Assembly (NCBI GenBank): GCA_040754135.1
Contig: JBFMDG010000002.1
Location: 1 to 37,459 of the forward strand
Direction of reading: 5' to 3'
Length of the DNA: 37,459 nucleotides
From: Verrucomicrobiota bacterium
GTDB lineage: Bacteria; Verrucomicrobiota; Verrucomicrobiia; Limisphaerales; SIBE01
A program made the translations under genes and the position numbers. Shown here one piece after another: positions 37,171 through 37,459 of the stretch (position 1 is the stretch's first letter; each line of letters opens with the position of its first letter). The notes beneath the pieces were generated by a model. The model made no database searches. It saw only the letters and a list, made by a program, of their open reading frames with translations, and had not been told where the DNA came from.

Positions 37171-37302
37171 GGAATCCTCCAAACGGGTTTAATCAAGGTC
37201 TGTTACGTTGCTCTTCAAATCGGTGATCAAGGTAAAAGGCGGTGCCGTTGGTGTAAAGCTTTTCGACTGGCATGACACGATAGGAAAAACCGGGCATTGA
37301 AA

Positions 37303-37323
37303 GAGTTCGCGTTGGGGGAACTC
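37303..37323 (-). terminator. Possible terminator downstream of tRNA-Asp
   Basis: Minus strand GAGTTC-9 nt-GAACTC followed by TTTC. Confidence 0.3.
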
Positions 37324-37364
37324 GCCGGAAGGTCTCTGCAAATGGAGGATTGATAAAGAAAAAA

Positions 37365-37441
37365 TGGCGGGAGTGGCGGGGCTCGAACCCGTAACCTCTG
37401 CCGTGACAGGGCAGCGCTCTAACCAATTGAGCTACACCCCC
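37365..37441 (-). tRNA. tRNA-Asp (GUC), CCA encoded
   Basis: GGGGGTG/CACTCCC acceptor stem, TAGCTCAATTGGTTAGAGC D-arm, CTGCC-CTGTCAC-GGCAG anticodon arm, TTCGAGC T-loop, G discriminator, CCA; 77 nt. Confidence 0.97.
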
Positions 37442-37459
37442 GCGAAAGCGGGCAGCAGA

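Noticed and set aside
37183-37364. SAM/SAH riboswitch or leader peptide upstream of metF (26-aa ORF 37273-37193)
   Set aside because: I could not find SAM-I/II or SAH consensus elements by eye, and the small ORF has no internal Met/Cys codons. An Rfam scan would settle it.
37365-37441. tRNA-Asp as the attachment site of an integrated island
   Set aside because: No integrase, no duplicated tRNA 3' end noticed, and housekeeping genes (metF, pyc) lie downstream.

Overview
GC-rich bacterial chromosomal DNA, probably Verrucomicrobiota/PVC superphylum. This is inferred from the H-X9-DG prepilin-like gene, the LEPRxLL leader and an SxDLxxW...RFYR C-terminal motif. About 60% of the window is two tandem giant Ca2+-binding RTX-like surface-protein genes. 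One is a 5'-truncated gene of >2240 aa. The other is a complete 5030-aa gene with a LEPRxLL leader, ten ~177-aa repeats (six on an exact 531-bp period), a long amphipathic beta region and a hierarchical RTX array. The two share a ~690-aa C-terminal module, and no secretion machinery lies in the window. Next come a leaderless two-gene ABC/AAA_21 ATPase + DUF4276 (TOPRIM-like) operon, a candidate defence module, and pyruvate carboxylase. The rest is a secreted double FG-GAP/FN3/cadherin-like protein, a prepilin-like H-X9-DG protein, an orphan histidine kinase, a metallophosphoesterase, metF and tRNA-Asp(GUC). Intergenic regions carry short tandem repeats (12, 11, 7 and 9 nt) and hairpin clusters. 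All family assignments come from reading motifs by eye; no database searches were run.
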